Source: an uncultured Sphingomonas sp. (GTDB lineage: Bacteria > Pseudomonadota > Alphaproteobacteria > Sphingomonadales > Sphingomonadaceae). From it: DNA of 64,000 nt. Location of the stretch: assembly GCA_964430865.1 (NCBI GenBank), contig CAYSHL010000001.1, forward strand, positions 3,946 through 67,945, in the 5' to 3' direction. Position numbers and translations under genes: made by a program. Below are positions 63,967-64,000 of this stretch, one piece after another. A model generated the notes under the pieces. It saw only the letters and a program-made list of their open reading frames with translations. It was not told the origin of the DNA and made no database searches. Numbering within the stretch: the stretch's first letter is position 1; each line of letters begins with the position of its first letter.

Positions 63967-64000
63967 TTGGGGCCAGTGTGAAAGAAGTTGGTGATCGGGT

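Overview
High-GC alphaproteobacterial chromosome segment. Gene content and order (prmC-prfA-hisS, ispG, rnd-lptCAB-rpoN, dnaN-recF-gyrB, bamE, ssb, ribD-ribE-ribB-ribH, gltX) point to Sphingomonadaceae; this taxonomy is inferred. Most of the window is core housekeeping. Five things stand out. (1) The ribB gene encodes a three-domain protein (XRE-like HTH, RibB, cysteine-less RibA-like domain). A perfect palindrome, ATCACATT-ac-AATGTGAT, sits in the spacer of its apparent leaderless promoter, suggesting a riboflavin enzyme that is also its own transcription factor. (2) Between gyrB and an EEP-family nuclease/phosphatase gene, three cargo blocks are stacked, separated by duplicated fragments of the flanking core genes: a perfect 200-bp copy of the gyrB 3' end and two decayed copies of the EEP 5' end. 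No integrase is visible. (3) A family of ~100-bp palindromic repeats occurs between genes and also in-frame inside recF, a kynureninase-like gene and probably a DUF4139 gene. (4) A Fic toxin with a one-base frameshift and an unannotated 56-aa putative antitoxin lie directly upstream of gyrB. (5) Several readable regulatory motifs (EcfG promoter, Fur-like box, CtrA-like box, ArsR and Arc operators). No rRNA, tRNA, CRISPR array, transposase or prophage was seen. All functional calls come from motif recognition; no database was searched.
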